Part shown: positions 38,545-51,557 of the stretch, one piece after another
Numbering within the stretch: position 1 is the first letter of the stretch
Layout: every line of letters starts with the position of its first letter
Assembly: GCF_964213995.1 (NCBI RefSeq)
Contig: NW_027590144.1
Coordinates: forward strand, 1,054,001-1,118,000
Source of the DNA: Mustelus asterias
Lineage: Eukaryota
Reading direction: 5' to 3'
Length of the DNA: 64,000 nucleotides
Made by a program: the position numbers and the translations under genes
The notes under the pieces: model-generated
The model's database searches: none
What the model was told of the DNA's origin: nothing
What the model saw: only the letters and a program-made list of their open reading frames with translations

Positions 38545-39330
38545 ATGGAACAAAGAGAAATTACAGCACAGGCCATCCAAGCCTGCACCGACCATGCTGC
38601 CCGACTTAACTAAAACCCCCTACGCTTCCGAAGACCATATCCCTCTATTCCCATCTCATTCATGTACTTTCCTAGACGCCCCTTAAAAGTCACTACCGTG
38701 TCGGCTTCCATTACCTCCCCCGGCAACGAGTTCCAGGCACCCACCACTCTCTGTGTAAAAAATCTGCCTCGTACATCTCTTTTAAAATTTGCCCCTCGCA
38801 CCATGAACCTATGCCCCCCAGTAATTGACTCTTCCACCCTGGGAAAAAGCTTCTGACTATCCACTCTGTCCATGCCTCTTATAATCTTGTAGACTTCTAT
38901 CAGGTCTCCCCTCAACCTCCGTCGCTCCAGTGAGAACAAACCAAGTTTCTCCAACCTCTCCTCATAGCTAATGCCCTCCATACCAGGCAACATCCTGGTA
39001 AATCTTTTCTGTACCCTCTCCAGAGCCTCCACATCCTTCTGGTAGTGTGGCGACCAGAATTGACCATACATTCCAAGTGCGGCCTCACTAAGATTCTATA
39101 AAGCGTCAACATGACTTGCCAATTTTTAAACTCAATACACCGGCCGATAAAGGCAAGCATGCCGTATGCCTTCTTGACGACCTTCTCCACCTGCATTGAC
39201 ACTTTCAGTGACCTGTGTACCTGTACACCCAGATCCCTTTGCCTATCAATAGTCCTAAGGGTTCTGCCATTTACTGTAAATTTCCTATCTGTACGAGACC
39301 TTCCAAAATGCATTACCTCACATTTGTCCG
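38545..39330 (-). mobile_element. CR1 3' fragment
   Basis: QRDLGVQV, RLRGDLIEVYK, WNSLP. Confidence 0.92.
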
Positions 39331-40549
39331 GAATTTCTATAGCGTAGTACTAACCAGCGTGATGTTTTCTCAAATAGACAGAAACATGAATTACGCAACT
39401 GTAACAAAGTCAAGGTTCATTCCAATGTCAGCAGAGACAATGTGCACTATAATTTAAACTGAGACAGGTTCTAGTGTAATGTAGTCTCACATGGACGCTA
39501 TTAGAATATAGGGATATAATCTAGTGTGATATAAAGTGTGGCAATGCAGAGTAAAGCAATAACTGAGAGAGGATAATGTGTAAAATGAACAGTGGTATGG
39601 TTTGGCGCATTAATAAAGGACACAGCAGCTAGCGCAATAAAACTCCACCTGTTCAATCGGTTCAAGTACTGTTCAATCTGATTCTGGGCATTGTATGATA
39701 TAAACTGAGACAAAGCTGATGCAATAATTTCAAACTAAGGCTTCAGATTGATAAAAGATTTGACAGGGACATTAGAGCAATAAACGAGTCATGAAATAGA
39801 ACAATAATTAGAGACAGGATATTATTCGGTATAAACAGGGAGGTGGACTGGTGCAGCAGTGATTGAGGTATCGTCGAGGTTTCTTTACACGTTGCAGATT
39901 CCAGCAATGTAATATCAAATGAGGCTTGGTGCGGTATAGTGACAACTGGGATTTTGCTGAGTAGAGAATCAATTGAGAATTATTGTCACGTAATCAGAAA
40001 TATGATTTTGTGCCACATAAACTGGGTCTAGTTTAGGATGAATAAAGACTACATCGATTGCAGCAATAACTGAGACGTTCTGTTTCGCGTCGTGCCAAAG
40101 AGCACGGTTTCACTGCCATCTCCTGGACGTCCTTTGATATAGCAGATGTTGTGAAATGCTGATTTTCGTTGCTGTTTCTTATTCTTTCATGGGGTGTACA
40201 CACAGCTGGCAAGGCCAGCATAATTTGGCAATCGCGAGTACTCTGAATTGATTGGTTTCCTAGATCATCACAGAAGTCATGTAAACGCCAAACACGTGTG
40301 GGCCTTGAGTCAGCTATGGGCCAAACTGGGAAATGATGGATGGTTTCCTTTTCTGCTGGGCATTAGAGGATCTGTTATATTACTTGTATTGGCCGCAATT
40401 ACGGAACGAGGTTTAAATTCAAAATTGCAATTGCATTTTAAAACCCACGTTCTTTTGCAGTTAGATTTGAACATATACCTTGAGCAAACTGCCTCCCCTC
40501 AGAAATCCTCTCCCAGTGATATTACCACTTTGCCACTGACTTCATTTTC

Positions 40550-41790
40550 CACACTGATAGACTATTTACAGGAGAGAAGCAGGCCATTTTGAAGCATCAT
40601 GTATGTGCTGGTCCTCTAAAGGAGCAATTCATCCAATAACACTCTATAGCCCACAGTCCAGCATTTTTTTCAATTCCAGACAATAATCCAATCCCATTTT
40701 GAAACCATCAGTTGGCGCTCCCTGAACCGTACTCTGAAACAGCAGATTGCAGGTCTGAATCAGTCACTGTCCGAAAATGTTTTTCGTTATGACTCCATGC
40801 TTCTTTCACCAATTAACTTCAACCCGCGCCCTCTGTTACAAAATCCATCTGCTATTGAACAATTACTCTCTATCTACTCTGTCAAGACCCCTCAGGATTT
40901 TGAAGGCCTCAATGGGATCACATCAACAACTTCCTGTCAAGGAAATCAGTCGGAACCTCACCAATATATTTTCGGAACTGAAGTTTCTGATCTCTGGAAC
41001 TAATCTCGTATTTTCCCCCTGCATCCAGCCTATTGGCTTTACATTTCTCCTTACGTTTGGTGCCCAGAATTTGACGCAATTTTTCAGTTGACTATTTTCC
41101 AGTGCTTTTTACAAATTTAGCATAACTTCCTTGCTTCTGTATTCTTTTCCCCAACAAAGACTGTTAACTATTTTCTTTTCCGCTCTTTCAAACTATCTTC
41201 CACCATGAATGATCTATGCACATAGTCACTCAGGTCCCTCGGCGTCTTACCGCCACATTCATAGCGTTTTCATCATTTCCCTTTGTCTCTTCACATTCTG
41301 CTTAACAAAACTAATCATGTAACTTTACATGCAATCAATTAAATCTCCCAATTGCAGGACAATTCCACAAATTAGTTTTTTTTTCGTTCTGAAGTTCTGC
41401 TCGGTCTTCTGATGGTTGGCAATGTTTCCATGTTTTGCATCATACACAGATTTTGAAAGTCTGACCTCCATACCAAGCTCTCGGCCATTACTATGCCGGG
41501 AAGATCAAGAGTCATATAACCTGTTCCTGGCACCTTCACTGCAAACTTTGTTCCAGTCCGAAAAACAGCTAGGAGTTGTTTCCTGGCACTCAGCCAATTT
41601 CCTATCCGTGTTGCTCCTATCCATTTTATTCTCTGATCTCCACATTTACTCACAAGCTGTGATGTAGCACCATATCACATGACCTTTGGACGCCCATTAA
41701 GAGAAATACCCTCACAAACCATCTCTGTTGTTCAGCATTAAACTCAAGCAAGTTGACGAAAAACGATTTGATCTGAACAAATACATTCTG
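40550..41790 (-). mobile_element. Old decayed CR1 fragment
   Basis: IGNWLSARKQ and other decayed RT motifs. Confidence 0.6.
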
Positions 41791-42189
41791 GCTGAATTTG
41801 TCAAAAAGCATTAAAGTGGGATGATTTCTGCAGTGATGAAGGCAGTGAAGATATGGATGTTATATCTGCTGGCGACACAAGGATAGATCGTAAAATTGGG
41901 CATTGGCGAGGGCATTGGATATATATCAAATATTGTGCACACTACTTGTCTCCTTATCTTAAGAAATATGTTAATGCATGAGAAAAAGTTCAGAGGAGTT
42001 TTACGAAACCATCACCAGCTCTGAGCGGGTGATCTGATGAGGAAAGGATGTTGACGTCAGGTTTGTATCCACGGGAGTTCAGAAGAGTAAGAGGCAAATT
42101 GACTGAAAGCTTTAAAACGCGAAGGGGTGCCAACAGTGTGGATGTTGAGCGGATGATTCCTCTTGTCCAATGTTGTAGCTGCCCTGGAT

Positions 42190-42390
42190 ATGTCTCTGAG
42201 TGTACATTTGTGGGCTCTTGGTATTCCGTCTGTTTCCAATGCTGTTGTACTGTCCACGGAGGGCGCTCTCTGATCGCTTACCGAAAATCATGGCATCTTT
42301 TTGCAGAAAGTGAATATTTGCCGATATGCAAATGGGCGGAGAAAATAAATCCCATCCCATCACATTGTATCTTCCCGGTTCTTTTGATTC
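42190..42390 (+). promoter_or_regulatory. Orphan copy of the TCR V upstream/promoter region
   Basis: ctgtccacggagggcgctctctgatc identical at 42250-42275 and 50881-50906; octamer ATGCAAAT 42326-42333 and GC box; no V exon follows. Confidence 0.6.
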
Positions 42391-43094
42391 AACCTTTAAC
42401 TTCAATACATTTATTTAACACAAATGTCCTCATTCTGAATTGAATATCTCTGAAATAGACAACATTGAATTGCAAGCATGGCTAATCAACAAAAGAGCGC
42501 GAGTCACTGGGAAATACACATCCCATGGTACTTTTTGAAATTGACCACAGTCAGCTTTCAAACAAAAGCAAATATCTTTCAAGGGAAGAGATTTAAGAAT
42601 GATCTGTTAGTTATACGTGATCCTTCTTTATTCGGTGTGTGAAACATTCTGGCACTTAAATCTCTTTCATCGACAGGAGGCCCAGCAGTTCCGCTCTGAT
42701 CCTCGATTTCCTCATCTGTCTGAGTGGTTTTTCCGATTTCTTTATTCGGAAGAACAATTTTAAAAACAAGCTTCGAAGCAATGTGTGTCATTTCCTCTAG
42801 CTCAGTTACAGTTTTACTTGTGTCTGTCTTTATGAGCCCGCATTACTGGTCGACATGTTTCAGATGGTGATTAAATCTGTTAGTCTGCACCCGTAAACGC
42901 ATTAAATTTTGTTGCGGACTGAACGAGTTGCGAATATATGTACAAACAATACAAACATTTATTTCCTGCCATTGCATCCTAAATAACAGCATTTCTGATT
43001 TTCCTAAAGGCAATTGAATTAATGTAAGGTCCGATTTTCCGAAAAGCATTTGAGTTGATGTAACATCGAGATTCACATAATGGTGAGCAATGAT

Positions 43095-43405
43095 GGTGGC
43101 ACAGTGGGACGGTACAGTGGCACATTGGTTAGCACTGCGGCCTCACAGACACCTGGGTTCGACTCAAGGCTTGGGTCACTGTCTGTATTGAGTTTGCACG
43201 TTCTACCCGTGTTCCCCGGGTCCTGGTTTCCTCCCACAGTCCAAAGATGTGCAGGCGAGGTGGATAGGCCATGCTAAATTGCCCCTTAGTGCCAGGGGGC
43301 GAGGTAGGTAAATACATGGGGTCATGGGGATAGGGCCTGGGTGGGATTGTGTTCGGTGCAGTCTCGATGGGCCGAATGGCCTCCCTCTTCACTGCATGAT
43401 TCTAG
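43095..43405 (+). mobile_element. HE1-like V-SINE
   Basis: Head, V-domain and CR1-like tail. Confidence 0.8.
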
Positions 43406-43456
43406 GAAGTTAAACCATGCAGGCTTCGCACTCCCTTAATAAGAATGGTCCGAAAG

Positions 43457-43529
43457 TGCTTCTTCCGGGTTTTGATCCGGGGATCTTTCACGTGTGAGGC
43501 GAACGCGATAACCATGACATTACATGAAC
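43457..43529 (-). pseudogene. tRNA-Val(CAC) pseudogene
   Basis: Reverse complement GTTCATGTAATGTCATGGTTATCGCGTTCGCCTCACACGTGAAAGATCCCCGGATCAAAACCCGGAAGAAGCA; stem and B-box mutations. Confidence 0.85.
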
Positions 43530-44599
43530 AGCTGACAGCATATTTTAGCTAATCGGCCTGCCTGCAATGTCCAACTGCGCTGTGTTGCTCCAGGTTCCAA
43601 TGGATAGACTGAGAGCCCATGTCACTGAATTCAAGAAGAAAACCGGTACTTTTAACCTGATTTCAGAACTTATCTTGAACATCAAAATTTAAAAGCTTTC
43701 GTTTGGCAAATATCTAAGTGAGCATTGATTTCTGCCCATTCATTAATGCATCATTTTCATCTTCCTTCGAATAATCTCAACAAATTGTAATCAAAAAGTA
43801 AATTACTGCGGATGCTGGAATCGGAAACCAAAAGAGAAAATGCTGGAAAATCTCGCAATGTCTGACAGCTCCTGTTAGGAGAGAAAAGGGCTGACCTTTC
43901 GAGTCCAGATGACATTTTGTGAAAGCTCATTGAGCACTTGGACTCAGTATTTGTTTTATTATTCAATATTTAGTATCAATGCATTATTTAACACATATGT
44001 CTTCATTATGAATTGAATATCTCTGGAATTGAATATCACTGAAATTGCAAACATAACTGACCAACAGAACGAATCGAATCACCGGGTAATACAGATCGCA
44101 ATTTTGAGGTTGATCATAACCAGCTTTTAAACAAAGTCAACTACGTTTTAAATGGAAGTGATTCAAGAATTAACTGTTCGTGGCCTTTTTTTATTATGGG
44201 CGTGAAATATTCAGGCGCATAAATTCCGGCCATTTATAGGAAGGTCCAGAAGATCTGCACTGAGTCCCGATTCTCTCATTTGTTTGAGTGTTTTTTTTTC
44301 TATTTCTTTTTTGTGAAGAACGATTTTTTAAAAGAATCGTCTGGGAAATGAACGCCATTTCTGATAGATCACTTACAATATCACTTGTGTCAGTCTTCTG
44401 GAGCAGACACTACGATTAGAAACGTTTCATTCTTGTCAGTGCATCAAAAAAAAGTCAGCATTTCTTATTTTACAGAAAACATTGGAGGCTGATGTCAGAG
44501 CAACAATAATATGCCTGTAATATTGAGGTTCAGATAATGTTGAGAAACGAACTGAAATCATGCAATTTTCCTTCACGCGACATGAGAAAGCTTAATGAA

Positions 44600-44672
44600 T
44601 GTTTCTGCTCCGTTTCGAACCAGGATCTTTCCGCGTGTCAGACGAACATAATAACCACTACACTGGAGAAAC
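44600..44672 (-). pseudogene. tRNA-Val pseudogene (anticodon now GAC)
   Basis: 73-nt match to vertebrate tRNA-Val with many mismatches. Confidence 0.85.
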
Positions 44673-44889
44673 AGCTGGACGCAAACTGCAGCAAATCGGA
44701 CTGTCCGCAATGTTCAACAGCTGCAGGTTCCAATGGTCAGACTGAGAGCCCATGCTTCTTAATTCAGGAAGATAACCGTTGCTTTCAATCTGATTGCTCA
44801 ACTTATCTTGAACATCAAAATTTAAAAGCGTTCTTCTGGCAAATATCTAAGTGAACAATGATTTCTAGCCTTTCATTAATGCATCATTC

Positions 44890-45625
44890 TATAGCTATAC
44901 GATAAATGGCAGAACCATAAAGGGTGTAGATACGCAGAGGGACCTGGGTGTGCAAGTCCACAGATCCTTGAAGGTGACGTCACAGGTGGAGAAGGTAGTG
45001 AATAAGGCATATGGCATGCTTGCCTTTATAGGACGGGGCATAGAGTATAAGGTTGGGGTCTGATGTTGCAGATGTATAGAACGTTGGTTCGGCCGCATTT
45101 GGAATACTGCGTCCAGTTCTGGTCGCCACACTACCAGAAGGACGTGGAGGCTTTGGAGAGAGTACAGAGGAGGTTGACCTGGATGTTGTCTGGTATGGAG
45201 GGGCTTAGTTATGAGGAGAGATTGGGTAAACTGGGGTTGTTCTCCCTGGAAAGACGGAGGATGAGGGGAGACTTAATAGAGGTGTATAAAATTATGAAAG
45301 GCATAGATAGGATGAACGGTGGGAAGCTTTTCCCCAGGTCGGTGGTGACGTTCACGAGGGGTCATGGGTTCAAAGTGAACGGGGGGAGGTTTAACACAGA
45401 TATCAGAAGGACATATTTTACACAGAGGGTGGTGGGGGCCTGGAATGCGCTGCCAGGCAAGGTGGTGGAGGCGGACACACTGGGAACGTTTAAGACTTAT
45501 CTAGATAGGCACATGAACGGAGTTGGAATGGAGGGATACAAAAGAATGGTCTAGTTTGGACCAGGGAGCAGCACGGGCTTGGGCTAGTTCCTGTGCTGTA
45601 TTGTTCTTTGTTCTTTGTTCTTTAT
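44890..45625 (+). mobile_element. CR1 3' fragment
   Basis: RPHLEYCVQFWSP..RGDLIEVYK; (ttgttct)n tail. Confidence 0.92.
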
Positions 45626-46519
45626 TCTCATCTTCCTTCGAATAATCTCAACCAATTGTACTCAGCAATAAAAGCAAATTACTGCGGATACTGGAATCGG
45701 AAACCAAACGAAAAAATGCTGGAAAATCTCACAACGTCTGACAGCACCTGTAAGAAGAGAAAGGAGCTGACGTTTCGAGTCCAGATGACACTTCAACAAC
45801 GTTCATTGTACAATTGTACTCAGCATTTGTTTCAAAATTTAGTCTCAATGCATTATTTAACACATATGTCTTCATTATATCTCTGAAATTGAATATCATA
45901 GAATTGTAAATATAACTGACCAACAGGAATCGAGTCACCGGGGAATACAGAGCACAATTATGAGATTGACCAGAGCGAACTACATTAAAACAAAGTGAAC
46001 TACATTTAAATAGACGAGATTGAAGAATTATCTGTTATTGACACTTGAGTCTTTTCTTTTTTGGGTGTGAAACATTCAGGCGCATAAATTCCGGCCATTT
46101 AAATGAAAGTTCAGTAGATCCGCACTGAGTCTCGATTTCCTCATTTGTCTGATTGTTTTTTTTCCTATTTCTTTGTTTTGAAGAACGATTAAAAAAAAGA
46201 TTCTTCTGGGAAATATGCGCCATTTCCTAGAGTTCACTTACCGTATCACTTGTGTCAGTCCCCTGGAGCACATACTACTATTCAAAAAGTTCCAGATGGT
46301 GATTAGCTACGTTAATCTGCACCTATAAACTCTTTACATTCTGGTGTAGACTGAACGTGATGCGAATATACGCACAGTGTCAAAATCGAAAGGTTTCTTT
46401 CCTGTCAGTTCGTCAAAAAGCTATCAACATTCTTATTTTACAGAAATCATTTGAGGCCGAGGTCAGAGCAAAGATCATCTGGCTGCAATATCAAGATTCG
46501 GATAATGTTCAGCAACGAA

Positions 46520-47060
46520 GATCTAATACAGATAGGAAATATACAGTAAATGGCAGCACCCTTAAGAGTATTGATAGGCAAAGGGATCTGGGTGTACAGG
46601 TATACAGGTCACTGAAAGTGGCAATGCAGGCGGAGAAGGTAGTCAAGAAGGCATACGGCATGCTTGCCTTTATCGGCCGGGGCATTGAGTTTAAAAATTG
46701 GCAAGTCATGTTGCAACTTTATAGAACCTTAGTTAGGCCGCACTTGGAATATAATATTTAAATTTGTTCGCCACACTACCAGAAGGATGTGGAGGCTTTG
46801 GAGAGGGTAAAGAAAAGATTTACCAGGATGTTGCCTGGTATGGAGAGCATTTGCTACGAGGAGAGATTGGACAAACTTGGTTTGTTCTCACTGGAGGTTG
46901 AGGGGAGACCTGATCGAAGTCTACAAGATTGTGAAAGGCATGGACAGAGTGGATAGTCACAAGCTTTTTCCCAGGGCGGAAGAGTCAATTACTAGGGTAT
47001 ATCTGTTTAAGGTGCGTGGGGCAAGGTTTGAAGGAGATGTACGAGGCAGATTTTTTACGT
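46520..47060 (+). mobile_element. CR1 internal fragment lacking its tail
   Basis: QRDLGVQV..RGDLIEVYK..RGRFFT then an abrupt end. Confidence 0.9.
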
Positions 47061-47242
47061 AGAGACGTTTCTTTCCTGTCAGTGCGTCAAAAAGAAATCA
47101 GCATTTCTTATTCGCAGAAACCATTTGAGTTTGAGGTCAGAGCAAAGATAATATTGTTGTAATGTCGAGATTCGGATAATGTTCAGCAACGAACTGAAAT
47201 CATACAGGATTTCCCTCATCTTCCATGAGAAAGCTTAACGAA

Positions 47243-47315
47243 TGCTGCTTCCCTGTTTCGGACCGGGGACTTTTTGTGTTTTAGGCGAACGGGATAACCA
47301 CTCCACTGCAGAAAC
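47243..47315 (-). pseudogene. tRNA-Val pseudogene (AAC-derived)
   Basis: 73-nt match; anticodon loop mutated. Confidence 0.8.
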
Positions 47316-48831
47316 AAGTGATAGCATTGGGGCCTCAATGGGCCTGACTACAATGTTTAACTCCACTATGTTGCTGCAGGTTTGAATGGTATGATTGAGG
47401 GCCCATGTCACTTAATACAAGAGTTTTCAACCTGATATCTCAACTTATCTTGTTCTTCAAAATTAAAAAGAGTTCGTCCGGCAAATGTCTAAGAAAGCAT
47501 TGATTTGTGCTCAATCATCAATGCTTCATTCTTATCTTCCTGCAAATAATTTCAACCAACTGTACTCAGCATTTGTTTCATAGAATCATAGAATCAGTGC
47601 AGAAAAGGTATTCGATCGAACAAATCAGCAGCGACGCCAGAATATCATAACCAGGCCATTTCCCTCGTTTGCCCCGCAACGCTACTCCTTTCCCATGGCT
47701 ATTCAATCTAACCAAAGGGCAATTTAGCATGCCCAATCCACCTTGGATCTTCATTCAATTTTTAATATCAATACAGTTATTCAATATGTATGTCCAAATT
47801 CTGAATTTAATATCTCTGGAATATACAATCGGTCTGACTGCATTGTTCAACTCCGCTCTATTGCTGCAGATTCGAATGGTTGGAATGAGAGTCCATGTAC
47901 CTCAGTGCAAGCAGATAACCTTTACTTTCAACGTGATGTCTCAACTTGTCTCGAATTTCAAAATTTAAAAGCGCTCATCGGACAAATATGTAAGGGAGCA
48001 ATGATTTCCGCTCAATCATTGATGCATCATTCTCATGTACGATCGATTAACTTCAAACAGTTATATCGAGTATTTGTTCGGTAATCAACATTTAATATCA
48101 ATCCATTTATTTAACACAGATGTCTTCATTGCGGATTGAATATGTCTGAAATACATAGCATTGAATTGCAAACATTATTGACCAACAAAATAAATCGAGT
48201 CACGGGTAATACACATCCCATGGTGCTTGTTTGAGTTTGACCATGATCAGCTTTTAAACCAAATCAAATATCTTTAAAGGGAAGAGATTCAAGAATGATC
48301 TGTTAGTTATACTTGATCCCTCTTTATTCTGTGTGACAAACATTCTGGCCCCTAAATCTCGTTCATCTATAGGAGATCCAGAAGGTCCGCTTTGATTCTC
48401 GATTTCCTCTTCTGTCTGAGAGGTTTTCCCTATTTCGTTATTATGAAGAACAATTTTAAAAAGATGCTTCAGGAAAATGTGCTCCATTTCCTCTCGTTCA
48501 GTTACAGTATCACTTGTATCTGTATTTTTGAGCACACAATACTATTAGACATGTTTCAGTTGGTGATGAAGTATGTTAGTCTGCATTTATAAACCTATTA
48601 AATTCTGGTGTGGACTGAAAATATTGCTAATATGTGCACGGTTTTAAAATAGGAACATCTATTTCCTCTCATCGCGTCATGAAAATACAAGATTCCTGAT
48701 TTTGCTGAAAGCTTTTGAGGCCGAGGTGAGCGCAAATATAACATGGCTGTAACATCGAGTTTCGGATAATGTTCAGCTACAGTCTGAAATTATACAGACT
48801 TCCCTCAACCTTAATGAACACATTTCATTCA

Positions 48832-48904
48832 TGCTTCTGCTCGATTTCGAACGTGGGCCCTTGCGTGCGTGAAGCAAATGCAACCAGCACTACACCACGG
48901 AAAC
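48832..48904 (-). pseudogene. tRNA-Val(CAC) pseudogene
   Basis: GTTTCCGTGGTGTAGTG..TTCGAAATCGAGCAGAAGCA; heavily mutated. Confidence 0.75.
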
Positions 48905-50111
48905 TGTTAGCTGCTCTGTAGCCCAATGGGGCTGTCTTGAAATGTTCCAAAATTCATTGGGAATGCTGGAGACACATTAATCTAAGAATGATTGAAAATG
49001 GTTGACAATGGCACAGAACGAGGAGAGGCCCATCAATCCATCAGATCTTTGCGAATTATTTTATGAGGAGCTAAACAATTGAAATGACGTTGCGGGATTG
49101 GTGGGTCGATGGGCCTGTTCCTGTCCTGAGCTGGTCTTTGTTCCGATTTCAATTTCCTCCTCTAATTCCATGAAGTTGATGTTTCTCCCTTTGAAGTCAT
49201 TGCAAAATCCCCATTTGAAGAAGGAGTTTCTGCGGAATCCATGTACAATTTGCGTAAACAACCTTTCCCTTACCCAATGGCAGTAAGTATTGGATTTAGC
49301 TTCCCGATATAGTTTTCAATATAAACATATATTTATTTATGCAATTGATTTCATATCGATTTTAGAAAACGAATTTAAATCTGATGAGGCATCTCCTCAT
49401 TATTTCTGAATTATATCTAAAATAACTACATTTACTCCACAACCTTCCACAGAGTGTGGAATATAACCGACGAGAATGAATCACCTGCACCTGAAGCAGT
49501 CTTCTTGTGTGGTCCTCCTGTGTCCTGAACATCCGATCCGAGAACCTCGAGAATCGATGGAGAATCTGTCTTATTCTCACGGACTTCACATAGGGCAATA
49601 CAGTGGCACGGCGGTTAGCACTGCTGTTTCACAACACTCGGGACCCAGGTTCAATTGAAATTCCTCCTTAGTGTACACGAACAGGCGGCGGAATGTGGCG
49701 ACGAGAGGATTTTCACAGTAAGTTGAATTATTAATTGCAGTATTAATGTAAGCCTGGTTGTGACACTAGTAAATATGTTTTGGACACGGACACATCCAGA
49801 ATATGTTTGGCGTTAAAAATAAATGCATCCATTATTGCTTAGTCTGCAAAAGGGTCCACGTCGATTTGTCAATCAATGATCAGCATTGATGAGAAATAGA
49901 TTTCTGGCTGCTCCTGTTGTTAAAATGTCGTGTTCCATCGCAATGAATATCTAACACGATATTGCCGCAGTTACACCACACCAGGGAATTCCAGTTCAGG
50001 AAGTTTACTCTGGAGCTCGCACGCTTTTTACGTTGCCAATGAGTTCATTTCTCTTTTGTGTGTCAATGGCTGTGCTCATCTGCTTGGTTATCTTTCTTAG
50101 TGATTGTCCGT

Positions 50112-50328
50112 GTGTCTCGTGGAACAAGCTGCCAGAGGGAGTAGTAGAGGCCGTTACAAGTTTATCTTTTAAAAAGCATTTTGACAGTTACATGGGTACG
50201 ATGGATATAGAGGGATATGGGCCAAATGCGGGCAATTCGGATTAGCTTAGGGGTTTATAAAAAAGGGCGGCATGGACAATTTGGGCCGAAGGGCCTGTTT
50301 CCATTTGTAAACCTCTATGAATCTATGT
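50112..50328 (+). mobile_element. CR1 3' tail
   Basis: WNKLPEGVVEA..GYGPNAG; same subfamily as 10703-11275. Confidence 0.85.
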
Positions 50329-51080
50329 TTGAATCGATCGGTTTGGGAATCTATCACTTAGTTTACTGGTCTCTGTGTTGATTCTGTGCAGTATCCGAGG
50401 CTTCCAGTGAAACGGAGGTGGAGGTATTCATGCATTATCATCGTTAGCAACGCAAACTAGTAGGTGTCAGAAGTCTGCAGAATAATTCTGGGTTTATAAC
50501 GAGGGACGTTAGAATTGATGTCACTGTCTGGACATATATCTATATGGTTATATATCCTTATTCGTGTTGGTCTTTCCACGGGGCCGTGTGTGTATCTGTT
50601 CTCCGCATGTCTGCTGGGTTTCCTCGGATGCTGTGGTTTCCTCCCACAGTCCAAAGATGTGCGGATTAGGTGGATTGGTCATGATAAATTGACCCCTCGT
50701 GTCAGGGAGATTATGTGTGCGGTTACGGGAATAGGGCCTCGGTGGAATTGTGGTCGGTACAGAGTCGCTGGGCCGAATGGCCTCCTTCTGTTCTGTAGGG
50801 GTTCTATGATTCTATGATCTCCATAAGTGTCAGTCTTTGTAGGTTGCCGTGTGTGTACCTGTTTCCAATATGCGGCTCTGCTGTCCACGGGAGGGCGCTC
50901 TCTGATCACTTATGAAAGATCACGATCCCCTTCTGGAGGAAGCGACTGTTTGAAGATGTAAAGATGGGCGGAGAGATGGAGTCACCTTCGATCTCATAAC
51001 ATCCCCCTTACTGTTTCAACTACTCCAATTGCAGATTTGATGCAGACAGTGATCAGTCTCTCTGTTTCAGAACTCGAACC

Positions 51081-51557
51081 ATGGGGGTGAAACTCTGTCT
51101 CACTCTGGTTATTGTCCTGATTACAGGTCTGTCATTTTGAACGTCTGCGTGAAATCTGCCAGTCACCACATTCATTCCCCATTTCCATCTCGAGGGGATT
51201 ATTCCGTTGTTGTTACTCCTTCTAACCCACTGCGTGTCTGTTCCCTATTTTCAGACATGAGTAACGGTGACTCAGTGTCCCAGTCAGGACCAGGAGTTGA
51301 AGCAGCAGAGGGTGAAGAATCAGCAATACCCGGCAGTTACTCGGGACAGAGTTTAACTGTACAACATTACCTGTTCTGGTATCGCCAGTATACACACCGA
51401 GCTCCTCGTTAACTGCTCAGAGCCGCTAATGTACCGAAACGGCTCCAGGCTTTTTACACTGCAGCGGGAATCTCAACCTGAAACAAAGCACTTTTCACTT
51501 GCCCATGAAAGATTTGAAGGTGACAGACAGCGCCGTGTATTACTGTGCACTGAGAGC
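51081..51557 (+). pseudogene. T-cell receptor alpha/delta-type V pseudogene (leader exon 51081-51126; V exon 51255-51557)
   Basis: Leader MGVKLCLTLVIVLIT with phase-1 GT; acceptor ttttcag; DSVSQ..YLFWYRQY..AP..DLKVTDSAVYYCALRA; Cys23>Gly (51332-51334), stop 51410-51412, frameshift. Confidence 0.92.

Larger units (their letters stand above)
42395..48950. repeat. Tandem array of ~1-kb units carrying tRNA-Val pseudogenes, interrupted by SINE/CR1/Penelope insertions
   Basis: Repeated atttaacaca..tgaattgaatatctctg, gtcagagcaa..gataatgtt, caaaatttaaaagc blocks; about five units. Confidence 0.85.
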
